Below, one piece after another: positions 1-8,740 of a stretch of 38,240 bases of DNA. Numbering within the stretch: position 1 is the first letter of the stretch; each line of letters starts with the position of its first letter. This DNA comes from a virus (lineage: Duplodnaviria > Caudoviricetes). The notes beneath the pieces were generated by a model. It ran no database searches. It was not told the origin of the DNA and was given only the letters and a program-made list of their open reading frames with translations. The translations under genes and the position numbers were made by a program. Where the stretch lies: the IMG/VR virus record IMGVR_UViG_3300020043_004889, positions 1 to 38,240 of that record; one strand, written 5' to 3'.

Positions 1-397
1 CCAGGTATCTGATGAGGCGCATCTCAAAGAATGATGCCTTCTGAGCGAAGTGCTCCATGCCGAATGCCACCTCACTGCGCCCTACTGGCTGCGAGTAGTC
101 ACCACTCTGTTGCTGGAGTCCCTTATTTTTGAGCTGATAGGTCAATCCAAAAACAGCGTCTTCAGCAGACCTCCATGCAATCACGGGCTGAATGAACAAT
201 ACAAGCTGCTCCTCTTCAGGTGTGAGAGTCTGATTGTTGTAAGCATCGAGCAAATGGTTGTAAAATACGGTGCCCAATATCGGCATCACTCGGAGCTGCG
301 CTTGAGTGGCTACATATGGGAACACATCAGTCACATCCACATTTGCAGTGATGGGAGTGTTCGTCTTGAGATAGTTTTCTGTGATGAAGTACAACAT
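1..397 (-). CDS. Putative head-tail connector/adaptor protein (partial, 3' end outside window)
   Basis: Hand translation MLYFITENYLKTNTPITANVDVTDVFPYVATQAQLRVMPILG... matches ORF 29195..29761; TAATG overlap with the portal stop. Confidence 0.7.
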   Translation of the reverse strand, partial: MLYFITENYLKTNTPITANVDVTDVFPYVATQAQLRVMPILGTVFYNHLLDAYNNQTLTPEEEQLVLFIQPVIAWRSAEDAVFGLTYQLKNKGLQQQSGDYSQPVGRSEVAFGMEHFAQKASFFEMRLIRYL

Positions 398-1737
398 TAC
401 GCTTGAGGTATTTGAGGTTGTGCGGCTGCTTGTGCTTGATTTGACGTGATGTCACCACCTTCAATCGGTGGAAGTGATGCGAGTGCTCTGACCTCATTGA
501 TGGTCATTGTTTCAAGAACCTTGGTAGCAACCAATGGGCTGAGTGAGTTGAGCGCATCAGATGTCTTGCTTGCATCTCCTTCGATTTCAACAATGGTTTC
601 ATTGATGATTTGGAAGTTGTTGATCGTGAAGTCAGCGAATCCGAGCTTGGCGATATGCAGAATCTCATTGAAGATATCTTGAACTTGCTCACGCAATGGC
701 ATGACAACGTTTTTCTCGAATATGATGTATGCCTGCTTGATATCGCTACCAGAACCAAGTGAGCCAGTGGTGCGGACACCCATCAATATTGGGTCAATGG
801 TGTGAGCGAAGCAGATTTGCTCTGTATTCAATGCGGATGCTTCCTGGAATAGTTTGTCATTCGAGTTGGTTGGAATGCTCTCAATCTTTGGAAGCTGGTC
901 TTGTGAGTTGGCAAAAAATGCGGCAGTCTTGCCAGCGTTCTGTGCTCCCTTGAGTTTGTCGATGGTGTTACGCAGTACGTTCTTTTCCTCCTCCGATTGC
1001 GGACGTTTTGGGAACATAATCGCAAACGATGGGAAGATGCTGTTCTGAATGTTGCTCTTTGCAAAAAATGAAAGGTCGCCACTCAAAAATGCGAAGTTAA
1101 GTGCAGAGCTGTACTTCGGCAACGGATACCAATCTTGACCAAGTGTCTCGACCTCATAAACGAACAACTGCTCTGTGTCAGTGCAAGTCGGATGATGTCT
1201 CTTGATTTCTTGCACGTTGATTCGAGCCGACCAATCCTCACAAATGAAGTACTGATTGTGCTGTCGACCACGTCTCACCTTCTCTGGCGATACGTTATGC
1301 ACTCTCTTGAGCTTCATTTTCTCATCAAATACCAATCGGAAATACACACGATTGTGCACAACCAATTGCTCGGTGACTGCTCTTGCAATCTTTTTGATGT
1401 TGACTTTCTTCTCGAATGTGTAGAGGTCAAGTAAATCCTTGGCTGTTGCACCATCAACTTTGATATCGAAGCCACCACCAATGACAGCGTTGGTCTTGTA
1501 GTCCACGATGGCACCATGAAGAGGCGAGCTGAATACCATCTGGTTGAGAAGCTCTGGATACATATTGTCCTGTCCAAATGGAATCCATCCAGCGGTGGTG
1601 TATCTGCCATTGACGTATGGCAAAGAGAGGTTTGCGCCACCAACTTTCAAGAATGGTGTGCTGAATGCCTCATAATTTGGAGAGATGACTTCCATCTCTG
1701 GTTGTTGTTTTGCTCTGAATCTATCGTACCAAGCCAT
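397..1737 (-). CDS. Portal protein
   Basis: 446 aa; FGQDNMYP..L....SPLHGAIVD.K N-terminus and F..L..EQI..AH.I.P.LMG C-terminal region resemble Bacteroidota phage portals; located in the head module. Confidence 0.85.
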   Translation of the reverse strand: MAWYDRFRAKQQPEMEVISPNYEAFSTPFLKVGGANLSLPYVNGRYTTAGWIPFGQDNMYPELLNQMVFSSPLHGAIVDYKTNAVIGGGFDIKVDGATAKDLLDLYTFEKKVNIKKIARAVTEQLVVHNRVYFRLVFDEKMKLKRVHNVSPEKVRRGRQHNQYFICEDWSARINVQEIKRHHPTCTDTEQLFVYEVETLGQDWYPLPKYSSALNFAFLSGDLSFFAKSNIQNSIFPSFAIMFPKRPQSEEEKNVLRNTIDKLKGAQNAGKTAAFFANSQDQLPKIESIPTNSNDKLFQEASALNTEQICFAHTIDPILMGVRTTGSLGSGSDIKQAYIIFEKNVVMPLREQVQDIFNEILHIAKLGFADFTINNFQIINETIVEIEGDASKTSDALNSLSPLVATKVLETMTINEVRALASLPPIEGGDITSNQAQAAAQPQIPQA

Positions 1738-1739
1738 AG

Positions 1740-2081
1740 TTAGTCATAAATTGATGAAACCGATGCACCACTCACAACCATTCTGCCCTCTTCAATGACA
1801 ACACCAGTGGTATCCTCGATTGATGTGGGTGGAATTGTGGATTCGTACACCGAGTATGTATATTGTCCCTTCATTAGCTCGACATCAATTGGCTCATCCA
1901 GGTAGAATAGGTTGAATCTCTCTGGATAGTCTGAGTCATCGGGTGCTGTGAAGAGGATTGGGTCTGATGTCGGGTTCATTTCGTTCTGAAAAACGAACAA
2001 ATAAAATGGCGAAGTCAATGTCGACACCTCTGTCAGTGTCAGCACAATCGAATTCACCTCTCCCTTGTTAATGTAAATCAT
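1740..2081 (-). CDS. Conserved phage virion-module protein, function unknown
   Basis: 113 aa beta-rich ORF, conserved in copy 2 (31101..31442), preceded by the late motif. Confidence 0.75.
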   Translation of the reverse strand: MIYINKGEVNSIVLTLTEVSTLTSPFYLFVFQNEMNPTSDPILFTAPDDSDYPERFNLFYLDEPIDVELMKGQYTYSVYESTIPPTSIEDTTGVVIEEGRMVVSGASVSSIYD

Positions 2082-2084
2082 TTA

Positions 2085-2114
2085 CTTATATTGCAAAAGG
2101 GTTAAATTTTGTTC
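2085..2114 (-). promoter_or_regulatory. Putative phage late promoter (AACA-N14-TGCAATATAAG)
   Basis: Minus strand gaacaaaatttaacccttttgcaatataagtaaATG; lies just downstream of a terminator; same motif at other operon starts. Confidence 0.7.
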
Positions 2115-2116
2115 AC

Positions 2117-2144
2117 AAAAAAAAGCCACCCGATATGGATGGCT
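2117..2144 (-). terminator. Intrinsic terminator after the putative tail tube gene
   Basis: Minus strand agccatcc-atatc-gggtggct followed by a T8 tract; stem conserved and loop changed in copy 2. Confidence 0.85.
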
Positions 2145-2166
2145 CTTTGTAGTAGGTTATTTGATA

Positions 2167-2694
2167 TTAAAGAGCTGGGACAACAGCAGCAACAGCAGCT
2201 GATTCAATCTCGTATGCGAGGAAATCATTCTCTGCGATTAATGTCACAGAATACTTGCTACCATCTGCACGAGTAGTGCCAGAGCCTTCACCAACAGCAC
2301 TCAATTGAAGGTATGGGAAGTACCAGTACTTTCCGTTCATATCCTTCACGATTGCGTTAAGGTATTGCTGACCAGCACCCAAGATTTTGATTGCTTGAGA
2401 TTTGTCCTGGTCACGGCGATGGAACATCAAAGAGATGGTCGCAGTGACATAAGATGAACCATTCACAAGGTCAATCGCTGCATCTTCCACATAGCTTCCA
2501 GTGTTTCTGCGTATCTCGAATGGAGTATAGTCAGGAGCACCAGCTACCAATGTGATAGAGTCAACAGTCCAAGTGTTGGTTGCATCAAGGGCAAAAGTGT
2601 CAATGTTGTCTTGCTGATTAATCCAAATCTTCTCGATGCCACCACTATTGTTGTCGCACGATTTTACGATTGTTTCTAAAGCTTCACAAGCCAT
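2167..2694 (-). CDS. Putative major tail (tube) protein
   Basis: 175 aa; MAC...C...GG N-terminus seen in Bacteroidota siphovirus structural proteins; directly after the capsid gene; highly conserved in copy 2. Confidence 0.55.
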   Translation of the reverse strand: MACEALETIVKSCDNNSGGIEKIWINQQDNIDTFALDATNTWTVDSITLVAGAPDYTPFEIRRNTGSYVEDAAIDLVNGSSYVTATISLMFHRRDQDKSQAIKILGAGQQYLNAIVKDMNGKYWYFPYLQLSAVGEGSGTTRADGSKYSVTLIAENDFLAYEIESAAVAAVVPAL

Positions 2695-2714
2695 AATTTT
2701 TGATTTATCAGTTT

Positions 2715-2742
2715 AAAAAATAGGGGGGAATTTCACCCCCCT
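2715..2742 (-). terminator. Intrinsic terminator after the major capsid gene
   Basis: G6/C6 stem (gggggg aatttca cccccc) followed by a T-tract on the minus strand. Confidence 0.8.
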
Positions 2743-2749
2743 GGATATA

Positions 2750-3670
2750 TTAAGAGTAGAGAACTACTTCAGCACCGTTGACGTGAGTGAAACCAACTTT
2801 CATGTTGGCACGAGTGCGGATGTACGGCTCAGCAACTGTGTCAGCAAGGTTTACAGCTTTCAACGCTTTAGAGTCACCTTCAGCATCGAATGCATAGATA
2901 AGGTTGTCTTTCAAAGTCAATACAGCTGTATCGTTAGGCATACCCTCACAAACAACAACCTTAACACCTAAGTATGTCAATTGAAGTGGAGTAGTTACAT
3001 ATGTCATGGTGTTGCCAGAAGCAGCAGCCAATTCGTATGCGTTCGCTACGTTTGTAGAAACATACAAGCGAAGGTCAGCTTTTTTACGGATGATATCAGA
3101 TGGAGCTGCTGCGAAGATTTTCGCTAACTCAGCCAATACATTCGATGCAGTCACAGTTGTGTTTGCAACATCTACAACAGTTGCATCAGCCAATAAGCCT
3201 TTGATGTAACCATCACAAAGAGCCAAAGTAGCGTTTGCGCTCTCTGTGTCACCTTGCCAACGGATGAGCTCGAGGTCATTACCGATAGCTTTAGCCATTT
3301 CATTCCAGTAGAAATCCATGAAAGATGCAACAGTGAAATCACCATTTGAACCTTTAGCCATTTGAAGGGCAAGGAATGATTGCTCTAAATCAAATTGACA
3401 GATTTGCGCCATGCTTGAAAGGGCACATACCGAAATCTCAACTGCGCTCAAGTCATCATCGGGAGCCGTGAATGAGCAGTTAGAGGCTTGCAACGGCTGT
3501 GAAAATAACACGGTTGCAAGTTTAGTCTTATCCTTTACACCTGGTAAAAGACGGTAATTGTCAGCAAGAGATTCTTCACTCAAGTATGCTTTAGAGTAGA
3601 ATGCCTCTGGGTTCGCTGCCAATAAAGCGGATGAGTCAACATCCAAATCGAAACGGAGTTTTCTTGACAT
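2750..3670 (-). CDS. Major capsid protein (likely start MSRKLRF at 3670, 306 aa)
   Basis: Follows the protease/scaffold; WQGDT..DG..K motif typical of HK97-fold capsids of Bacteroidota phages; A-rich initiation region before 3670; terminator downstream. Confidence 0.85.
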   Translation of the reverse strand: MSRKLRFDLDVDSSALLAANPEAFYSKAYLSEESLADNYRLLPGVKDKTKLATVLFSQPLQASNCSFTAPDDDLSAVEISVCALSSMAQICQFDLEQSFLALQMAKGSNGDFTVASFMDFYWNEMAKAIGNDLELIRWQGDTESANATLALCDGYIKGLLADATVVDVANTTVTASNVLAELAKIFAAAPSDIIRKKADLRLYVSTNVANAYELAAASGNTMTYVTTPLQLTYLGVKVVVCEGMPNDTAVLTLKDNLIYAFDAEGDSKALKAVNLADTVAEPYIRTRANMKVGFTHVNGAEVVLYS

Positions 3671-3683
3671 TTTTATTTGTTTT

Positions 3684-4661
3684 TTATTGATTACTGAATT
3701 GTCTAAATGCGGCAAATTTTTGGCTCATTGTAGCCTCGGCAATTTGCTCCTCTGCCTTATCTTCTTCTTTCTCTGCATACATCTCTTCCATCTGATTGCG
3801 AAGGTCAGCGATGATGGCAATTAATGCCTTCTCACGCTCCTCAATCACTGGCATCACGATTGCAAGGATAGCTTCTGCGTCTGTCGCTGGGTCAATAGCC
3901 ATCTCTGTGTCAGTTGTAGTGGTGTCCTCTTCAGTTGTTTCTTCAACTGTTGTATCTTCCATTGCAACCTCTTCAGTTGACATCTCTTCCTCAACCACTT
4001 CTTCAGTTGGTTCTTTTTCCACCTCTTTGATTTCAACAACCTCGCCATCTTTAACGACGTAGATTTTGTCCTCAATGTTGTGTTCTCCATCAGGTAACTT
4101 CATCTTATTTAGTTTAATTTGTTCCGATAACTTGAGACCAAGGAAGCCTTCGATTGAGAAACCAACTTGACCCTCTTCAACCAATTTGTTGTAGTATTCT
4201 GGGTCAGTCACTTGAGCAGTCACCATGAGAGTTCCTTCCGGTACTTCGATACCAAATGTGCTGAATGCTTTGTCTTTGGTTGGGTTGTCCACAATCCATG
4301 TCTCAAGGATGTAGGCTGGGACCTTCTTGTCAGTGTCATGCTCCAGGTTGAAGATGTCACGATTGCGGAGGTCAGCCATAAACTTTGCATGAATTTTTTC
4401 AATAACATCAGCGGTGAACTGCACATAATAGTCACCCTCCTCAGAATCTCTGCGATAGATGTCCATCGGTATCATTGCTGGTGCAGTGATGCGGTATTTC
4501 ACATCGTCAGCGAAAAGCATTTTTTTCTCGCTGCTGAATGCAAGACCCTTCACCTTTATGGCTGGCATATTGGTGAACGCAATCATCTCGATTCCCAAAT
4601 TCTCGCCATCGCTGAACTCGTCATCGATAGTGATTTTGTAAATTGGAAGGTCTTTGGTCAT
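3684..4661 (-). CDS. Prohead protease (XkdF-like) fused to an acidic scaffold domain
   Basis: AMIP...IYR, FNLEH, ETWIV, GT.M and GFSIEG motifs of phage head-maturation serine proteases; Glu-rich, coiled-coil C-terminal half. Confidence 0.8.
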   Translation of the reverse strand: MTKDLPIYKITIDDEFSDGENLGIEMIAFTNMPAIKVKGLAFSSEKKMLFADDVKYRITAPAMIPMDIYRRDSEEGDYYVQFTADVIEKIHAKFMADLRNRDIFNLEHDTDKKVPAYILETWIVDNPTKDKAFSTFGIEVPEGTLMVTAQVTDPEYYNKLVEEGQVGFSIEGFLGLKLSEQIKLNKMKLPDGEHNIEDKIYVVKDGEVVEIKEVEKEPTEEVVEEEMSTEEVAMEDTTVEETTEEDTTTTDTEMAIDPATDAEAILAIVMPVIEEREKALIAIIADLRNQMEEMYAEKEEDKAEEQIAEATMSQKFAAFRQFSNQ

Positions 4662-4662
4662 G

Positions 4663-4691
4663 CTTATATTGCAGATTTATTATCTTTGTTC
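4663..4691 (-). promoter_or_regulatory. Putative phage late promoter for the head operon
   Basis: Minus strand gaacaaagataataaatctgcaatataagcATG. Confidence 0.7.
4681..4688 (+). promoter_or_regulatory. Bacteroidota sigma-A -7 element (TATCTTTG)
   Basis: Exact TAnnTTTG consensus 16 nt upstream of ATG 4705; conserved at 34035-34042. Confidence 0.6.
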
Positions 4692-4704
4692 ATAAATTGA
4701 TATT

Positions 4705-5253
4705 ATGATACAAGTATTTGACCAGGAGATTCCTAACAAAATGAGTGAACTGACCATCGAGCAGTTCGAAAAAATCAGCCAAATCCTAAACAACCAAGAC
4801 TTCGACAACATCGAGAAATATGTTGAGATGTTCAAATATCTTGGTATCAAAGAAGAGCTATGGGATGACTACCCATTCAGCGAGTTCATCAAGCTGGTGC
4901 AAGATTTCAACCTCGATTCATATACACCTAATGAAGCTCAGGCAACCATCGAGTTGGAAGGCTTCACCTATGAGGCACAGCTCAAGCTGTCAGTTAAAGA
5001 GACCAAGCTCATCGAGAAGATTGTGAACACCAAGCCAAACCACTATATCAGTGACATCCTGGCGATTATGTTCAAACGCAGTGACCTATCCAACACAGAA
5101 CACTTCACCGATGCTCACCTCAAGCACAAAGCAAAGTTATTCCGCACTCAGAAAGCAGAGTTGTGTGTGCCTTACATTGTATTTGTGACTGAGAAAATCG
5201 CTGAATATGCCCAAGCCAACGCTGCCCAAGGGGTGGAATCAAGTCAGTCTTGA
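4705..5253 (+). CDS. Putative tail assembly chaperone-like protein, paralog 1
   Basis: 182 aa with core-gene codon usage, conserved in copy 2; N-terminal IPNKMSELTIEQF resembles LPKGWNQVSLEQF of the next ORF. CDS is solid, function is inference. Confidence 0.6.
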   Translation: MIQVFDQEIPNKMSELTIEQFEKISQILNNQDFDNIEKYVEMFKYLGIKEELWDDYPFSEFIKLVQDFNLDSYTPNEAQATIELEGFTYEAQLKLSVKETKLIEKIVNTKPNHYISDILAIMFKRSDLSNTEHFTDAHLKHKAKLFRTQKAELCVPYIVFVTEKIAEYAQANAAQGVESSQS

Positions 5254-5944
5254 GCAGTTCATTGAGCTGCGTCAACTCAAAGCAGAGGATGGTGCATTCA
5301 ACCACAACATCGATATCCTCTGTGCGCTAACAGATGCCATACCAGATGACTTCGATGACCTCGACATCGCAGAGATAGGCGAAATCTTCAAGGACCTTCA
5401 GTGGCTCTACACCGAGCCGAGCAAATTGTATACCGATAGGATTGGAAAGTTCTATCTCAAGCCAATGACTGACCTGACTCTCGGTGAGTTCATCGACCTT
5501 GAGTACTATTTCACCACTGACTACATCAAATATCTTCCGAATATCTGCTCTCTGCTGTATCGCATTCCAGAGATCGTGGAGGATTCAGTTGTCGCAAAGT
5601 GGGAATCAACTGATTTCAAGACATCGAGTCGGGTGCATTACTTCCTGGACCAACCAATCACCAAGATGTATGGTGTGCTGACCGAGTATATCAAGTTCAG
5701 AGATAACTTTATCACCAGCCACAAGAACCTAATGACCGAGCAAGTGGTGGATGACATCGATGAAATCACTGACCCGGAAGAAAAGAAGGAAGCAGAGCGT
5801 GAGAAGTCCTCTCAGAAATGGGGATGGGAGCAGCTCATCTGGTCCATGTGCAATGGTGACCTCACCAAATATGACCAAGTGATTCGAATGAAGCTCGTGC
5901 TTGTATTCAATTTCTTGGCGATGAGAAAAGAGCTGGATATTTAG
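5207..5944 (+). CDS. Putative tail assembly chaperone-like protein, paralog 2
   Basis: 245 aa; DLTLGEFIDLE and C-terminal KWGW..I..GD..K.D.V motifs; conserved in copy 2. Function is inference. Confidence 0.6.
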   Translation: MPKPTLPKGWNQVSLEQFIELRQLKAEDGAFNHNIDILCALTDAIPDDFDDLDIAEIGEIFKDLQWLYTEPSKLYTDRIGKFYLKPMTDLTLGEFIDLEYYFTTDYIKYLPNICSLLYRIPEIVEDSVVAKWESTDFKTSSRVHYFLDQPITKMYGVLTEYIKFRDNFITSHKNLMTEQVVDDIDEITDPEEKKEAEREKSSQKWGWEQLIWSMCNGDLTKYDQVIRMKLVLVFNFLAMRKELDI

Positions 5945-6366
5945 TAGTCGAGTGAGTAGTTGAATTCACCGAATAGCGGCACAAAGTCATATATCACCTT
6001 TGGTCTTTTGCGAAGCAGTCCACCAAGCTCAAGGATTGGGAACTTCTGAGCCAGGTCAGCCACATACATTCCATACATTTCAGCAATCAATCCATTCATC
6101 TCCATCGATTGGTTGAATTTCTTAACCAGGTGAAAGGGTGCGATGGTTGCTGTGCCGTTATTTAGATACCCAAAATAGTAGGCGGCAAGAATTTCGATAC
6201 GGATGTTGCCCTCTGTACTCACCTTTGCATTGATGCGCACAGAATCATACAGCGTATATGTGTCGATTAGTGCTTCATCCTTGATGACTTTCTTGAGCGT
6301 GTTTGCCATCCTCCTTCTGATAGGATATTTGAAGTTATATTCTCCTGTATTTTTGTACCTTCCCAT
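5941..6366 (-). CDS. Putative tail completion/neck protein
   Basis: 141 aa basic protein with DT..L..S and YFGYLNNGT motifs reminiscent of HK97 gp10-like neck proteins; late motif upstream. Confidence 0.5.
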   Translation of the reverse strand: MGRYKNTGEYNFKYPIRRRMANTLKKVIKDEALIDTYTLYDSVRINAKVSTEGNIRIEILAAYYFGYLNNGTATIAPFHLVKKFNQSMEMNGLIAEMYGMYVADLAQKFPILELGGLLRKRPKVIYDFVPLFGEFNYSLDY

Positions 6367-6368
6367 TA

Positions 6369-6397
6369 CTTATATTGCAATCAGTCACCAATTTGTT
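6369..6397 (-). promoter_or_regulatory. Putative phage late promoter
   Basis: Minus strand aaacaaattggtgactgattgcaatataagtaATG; conserved at 35723-35751. Confidence 0.65.
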
Positions 6398-6830
6398 TAG
6401 GAATCTGACAATCTGTCCATGAATCCATGGTGAATGTGATGGTCATCAACCACCCAGCAGCATAGTCGAGGAGGTCATTGTTGAGAGGCACCAAAGCTGG
6501 GAAGCCGACCACATCAAAATCACGATCATTGTTGTTGAAAGTGTAGTTCAAATACAAGTCCATGAGAATCTGGTGGCAGTCACTCAAGATGACATTGATG
6601 TTTGCTCGGTCCTTTTGGATGATGTCAAAGCAATAAATCTCCAGTGTGAAATCATTTGTATTCTCGGTTGGAATCGCATCCACTGGCACGATGTACACAA
6701 TCGGATACTTCTCATCCTTGGTGGCGAAGTTGAAGAGCTGCTCTTTGAAGTCAGAGCCCACCTTTTTTACTTGGAGATGGGCGTTGTAGAATGCGATGAT
6801 TTCGTTGATGAGTGCTTGATAGCTTATCAT
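6381..6830 (-). CDS. Putative tail terminator protein
   Basis: 149 aa; YP.VYI.P and AGW...I motifs; adjacent to the tape measure gene; nearly identical in copy 2. Confidence 0.55.
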   Translation of the reverse strand: MISYQALINEIIAFYNAHLQVKKVGSDFKEQLFNFATKDEKYPIVYIVPVDAIPTENTNDFTLEIYCFDIIQKDRANINVILSDCHQILMDLYLNYTFNNNDRDFDVVGFPALVPLNNDLLDYAAGWLMTITFTMDSWTDCQIPKQIGD

Positions 6831-8740
6831 AGTACTGAGTTTTTCATGATTTTGTTGACCTTGCTTTGTGTGGCTGTCATCTCTGTTTCAGATACCACAG
6901 CGGTGACGGTTATGTTGTTGCCTTGCTCCATGGATTGAGGAGCTCCAGCGTTGTTGGCTGCGTTGCCTTGACCGAATAGGTTGCCAGGTACGAATGATGG
7001 AACAGCTGTGTTGCCTACATTTGCAGCGCCACCACCCACACCACCTCCAGAACTTGGAGTCTGAACCGATGCGCCACCACCACCAATGAACTTGGAGATG
7101 GATGATGCCACGATTGTACCGATGGAAGTAGCCGCACGAATCTTGGCACCGGCAGCAGCTGCTGATGCGAGTGCGAGACCACCATCAGGCAAGAGCTTCC
7201 ATGTTGGGTTTGAATAGTATCCAGATATTTCTCTCTGTGTGTTGACGATGATTTCACCGATGGCGAGTGCTTTGTCAACCAAGAAGAGTGCGTTGGCGAG
7301 CTTCTTATTCTCACCAGCCAATTCAGTGAGTCCCGATATGAGACCTTTGGCGGCACCAAGTTTGGCTTGAGCAAGTGACTCATCTGCTGCGATGACAGCT
7401 TCATTGTACTTCTGTTGGTCCTCAAAGGATTTCATGTTGCCCTCTGCTTGAATTTGGAGAGATTGATTTCGAGTATTCACCAATCCGCTGACGATATCAG
7501 TTGCCTTCTTGGTTTCAATCTTTACAAATTCATTGGCTGATTCTTTTCTGATCGTGTTGATTTCTAAATCACGAGCAGCCTCAAGAGCGGTAACATCTTG
7601 CTTGTATTTTTTAGCCTCTGCAATCAGTGCAGCATACTTGGCTTTTGTGTCATCAATTTCTTTTTGACTTTGAGTCTTGCCAGAATCAATGACCAGCTTG
7701 TTGGCTGCTGCAATTTCTTTTTGAATGGCTGCTCTTCCAGCCGCATATGCTTTGGCATTCTCTGCCGCCTTTGCTTTTGCTTCCTCTTTAGCCTTGTCAT
7801 CCTTGGCTTTCTGCTCAGCATCGTCAGCAATCTCAATCAGCTTGCGCTCTTTCGAGCCATCCTTGACAATTTTATTCTCATCCTCGATGCGCTTTCTTAG
7901 AGCTTTACGTCTCTCGATGCTGTCCTTGTCTGACAATCCCTTGAGTTCAGCATATTCTTTACGAGCATCTGCCAATCTTTTCTTGGCGGCATCACTAATG
8001 GCTTTGGATTTCTTGAGCTCAAGGTCAGTGGTATCTTTACCAGCTGCCTTTGCTTTGGCAATCTCGATATCATATTGGTCTGAGATGGCAGCAGTGCGCT
8101 TCTCTGATGACTTGAATGCCTTCTCATTAGCCTTCTCCATTTTGCGAGCATTCTCTTCAGCCGCATAGCTTGTGAGTCCGAGCCAATCGGTCAGCTCTTT
8201 GAATGCATCGATGAGCAAGTTGACTGGAGTCATTAAGAAATCAATGGCTTTTTGTAGTATGCCAATCTTATTTAGGAAGATTACTATTGCAGCGACAATG
8301 GCAACCACAACGGCCACCAATAAGAAAATTGGGTTGGCAAGAATCTGAGCTCCGAGCTTAACGAATGCGCCACCCATAGTGGTGACAGTACTCGTGAGTC
8401 CTTTCATTGATTTGCTGATATCCTGAGCATTCAAGCTACCAAGATTCTTGCTGAATACCTTCGCTTTCTCAGATGCCTCTTCGAAGTCGAGTGACATCAA
8501 TGAGTCCTTGATGCCGCCAAATGAGTTACTGATTTGCTCGAATTTCGAACCAGACGCGAACACATTCACAGCATCATTGGCATCCTTTATCCTATCCGCT
8601 ACCTCACCAGCTCGCTGGGCGAGAGCCGCCATTTGTTCCGGGTCAGATGCTTCTGCAATGGATGCCTTGAGTGAACGGAGCTCTGCCTTGAGTGATTGGA
8701 CACCCGAGAGCTTGAGAGGTATTTCTATTTCATTAGCCAT
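6827..8740 (-). CDS. Tape measure protein
   Basis: 637 aa Ala/Lys-rich coiled coil, hydrophobic NPIFLL segment, Gly-rich linker and C-terminal AVVSETEMT.TQ. Confidence 0.85.
   Translation of the reverse strand: MANEIEIPLKLSGVQSLKAELRSLKASIAEASDPEQMAALAQRAGEVADRIKDANDAVNVFASGSKFEQISNSFGGIKDSLMSLDFEEASEKAKVFSKNLGSLNAQDISKSMKGLTSTVTTMGGAFVKLGAQILANPIFLLVAVVVAIVAAIVIFLNKIGILQKAIDFLMTPVNLLIDAFKELTDWLGLTSYAAEENARKMEKANEKAFKSSEKRTAAISDQYDIEIAKAKAAGKDTTDLELKKSKAISDAAKKRLADARKEYAELKGLSDKDSIERRKALRKRIEDENKIVKDGSKERKLIEIADDAEQKAKDDKAKEEAKAKAAENAKAYAAGRAAIQKEIAAANKLVIDSGKTQSQKEIDDTKAKYAALIAEAKKYKQDVTALEAARDLEINTIRKESANEFVKIETKKATDIVSGLVNTRNQSLQIQAEGNMKSFEDQQKYNEAVIAADESLAQAKLGAAKGLISGLTELAGENKKLANALFLVDKALAIGEIIVNTQREISGYYSNPTWKLLPDGGLALASAAAAGAKIRAATSIGTIVASSISKFIGGGGASVQTPSSGGGVGGGAANVGNTAVPSFVPGNLFGQGNAANNAGAPQSMEQGNNITVTAVVSETEMTATQSKVNKIMKNSVL

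Noticed and set aside
4167-4700. 177 aa antisense ORF open in both copies (also 33521..34054)
   Set aside because: It shadows the protease gene and is explained by codon bias plus high identity between copies; the translation looks non-biological.
5190-5253. Classical -1 slippery site between the chaperone-like genes
   Set aside because: The second ORF is in the +1 frame, has its own ATG, and no XXXYYYZ heptamer is evident.
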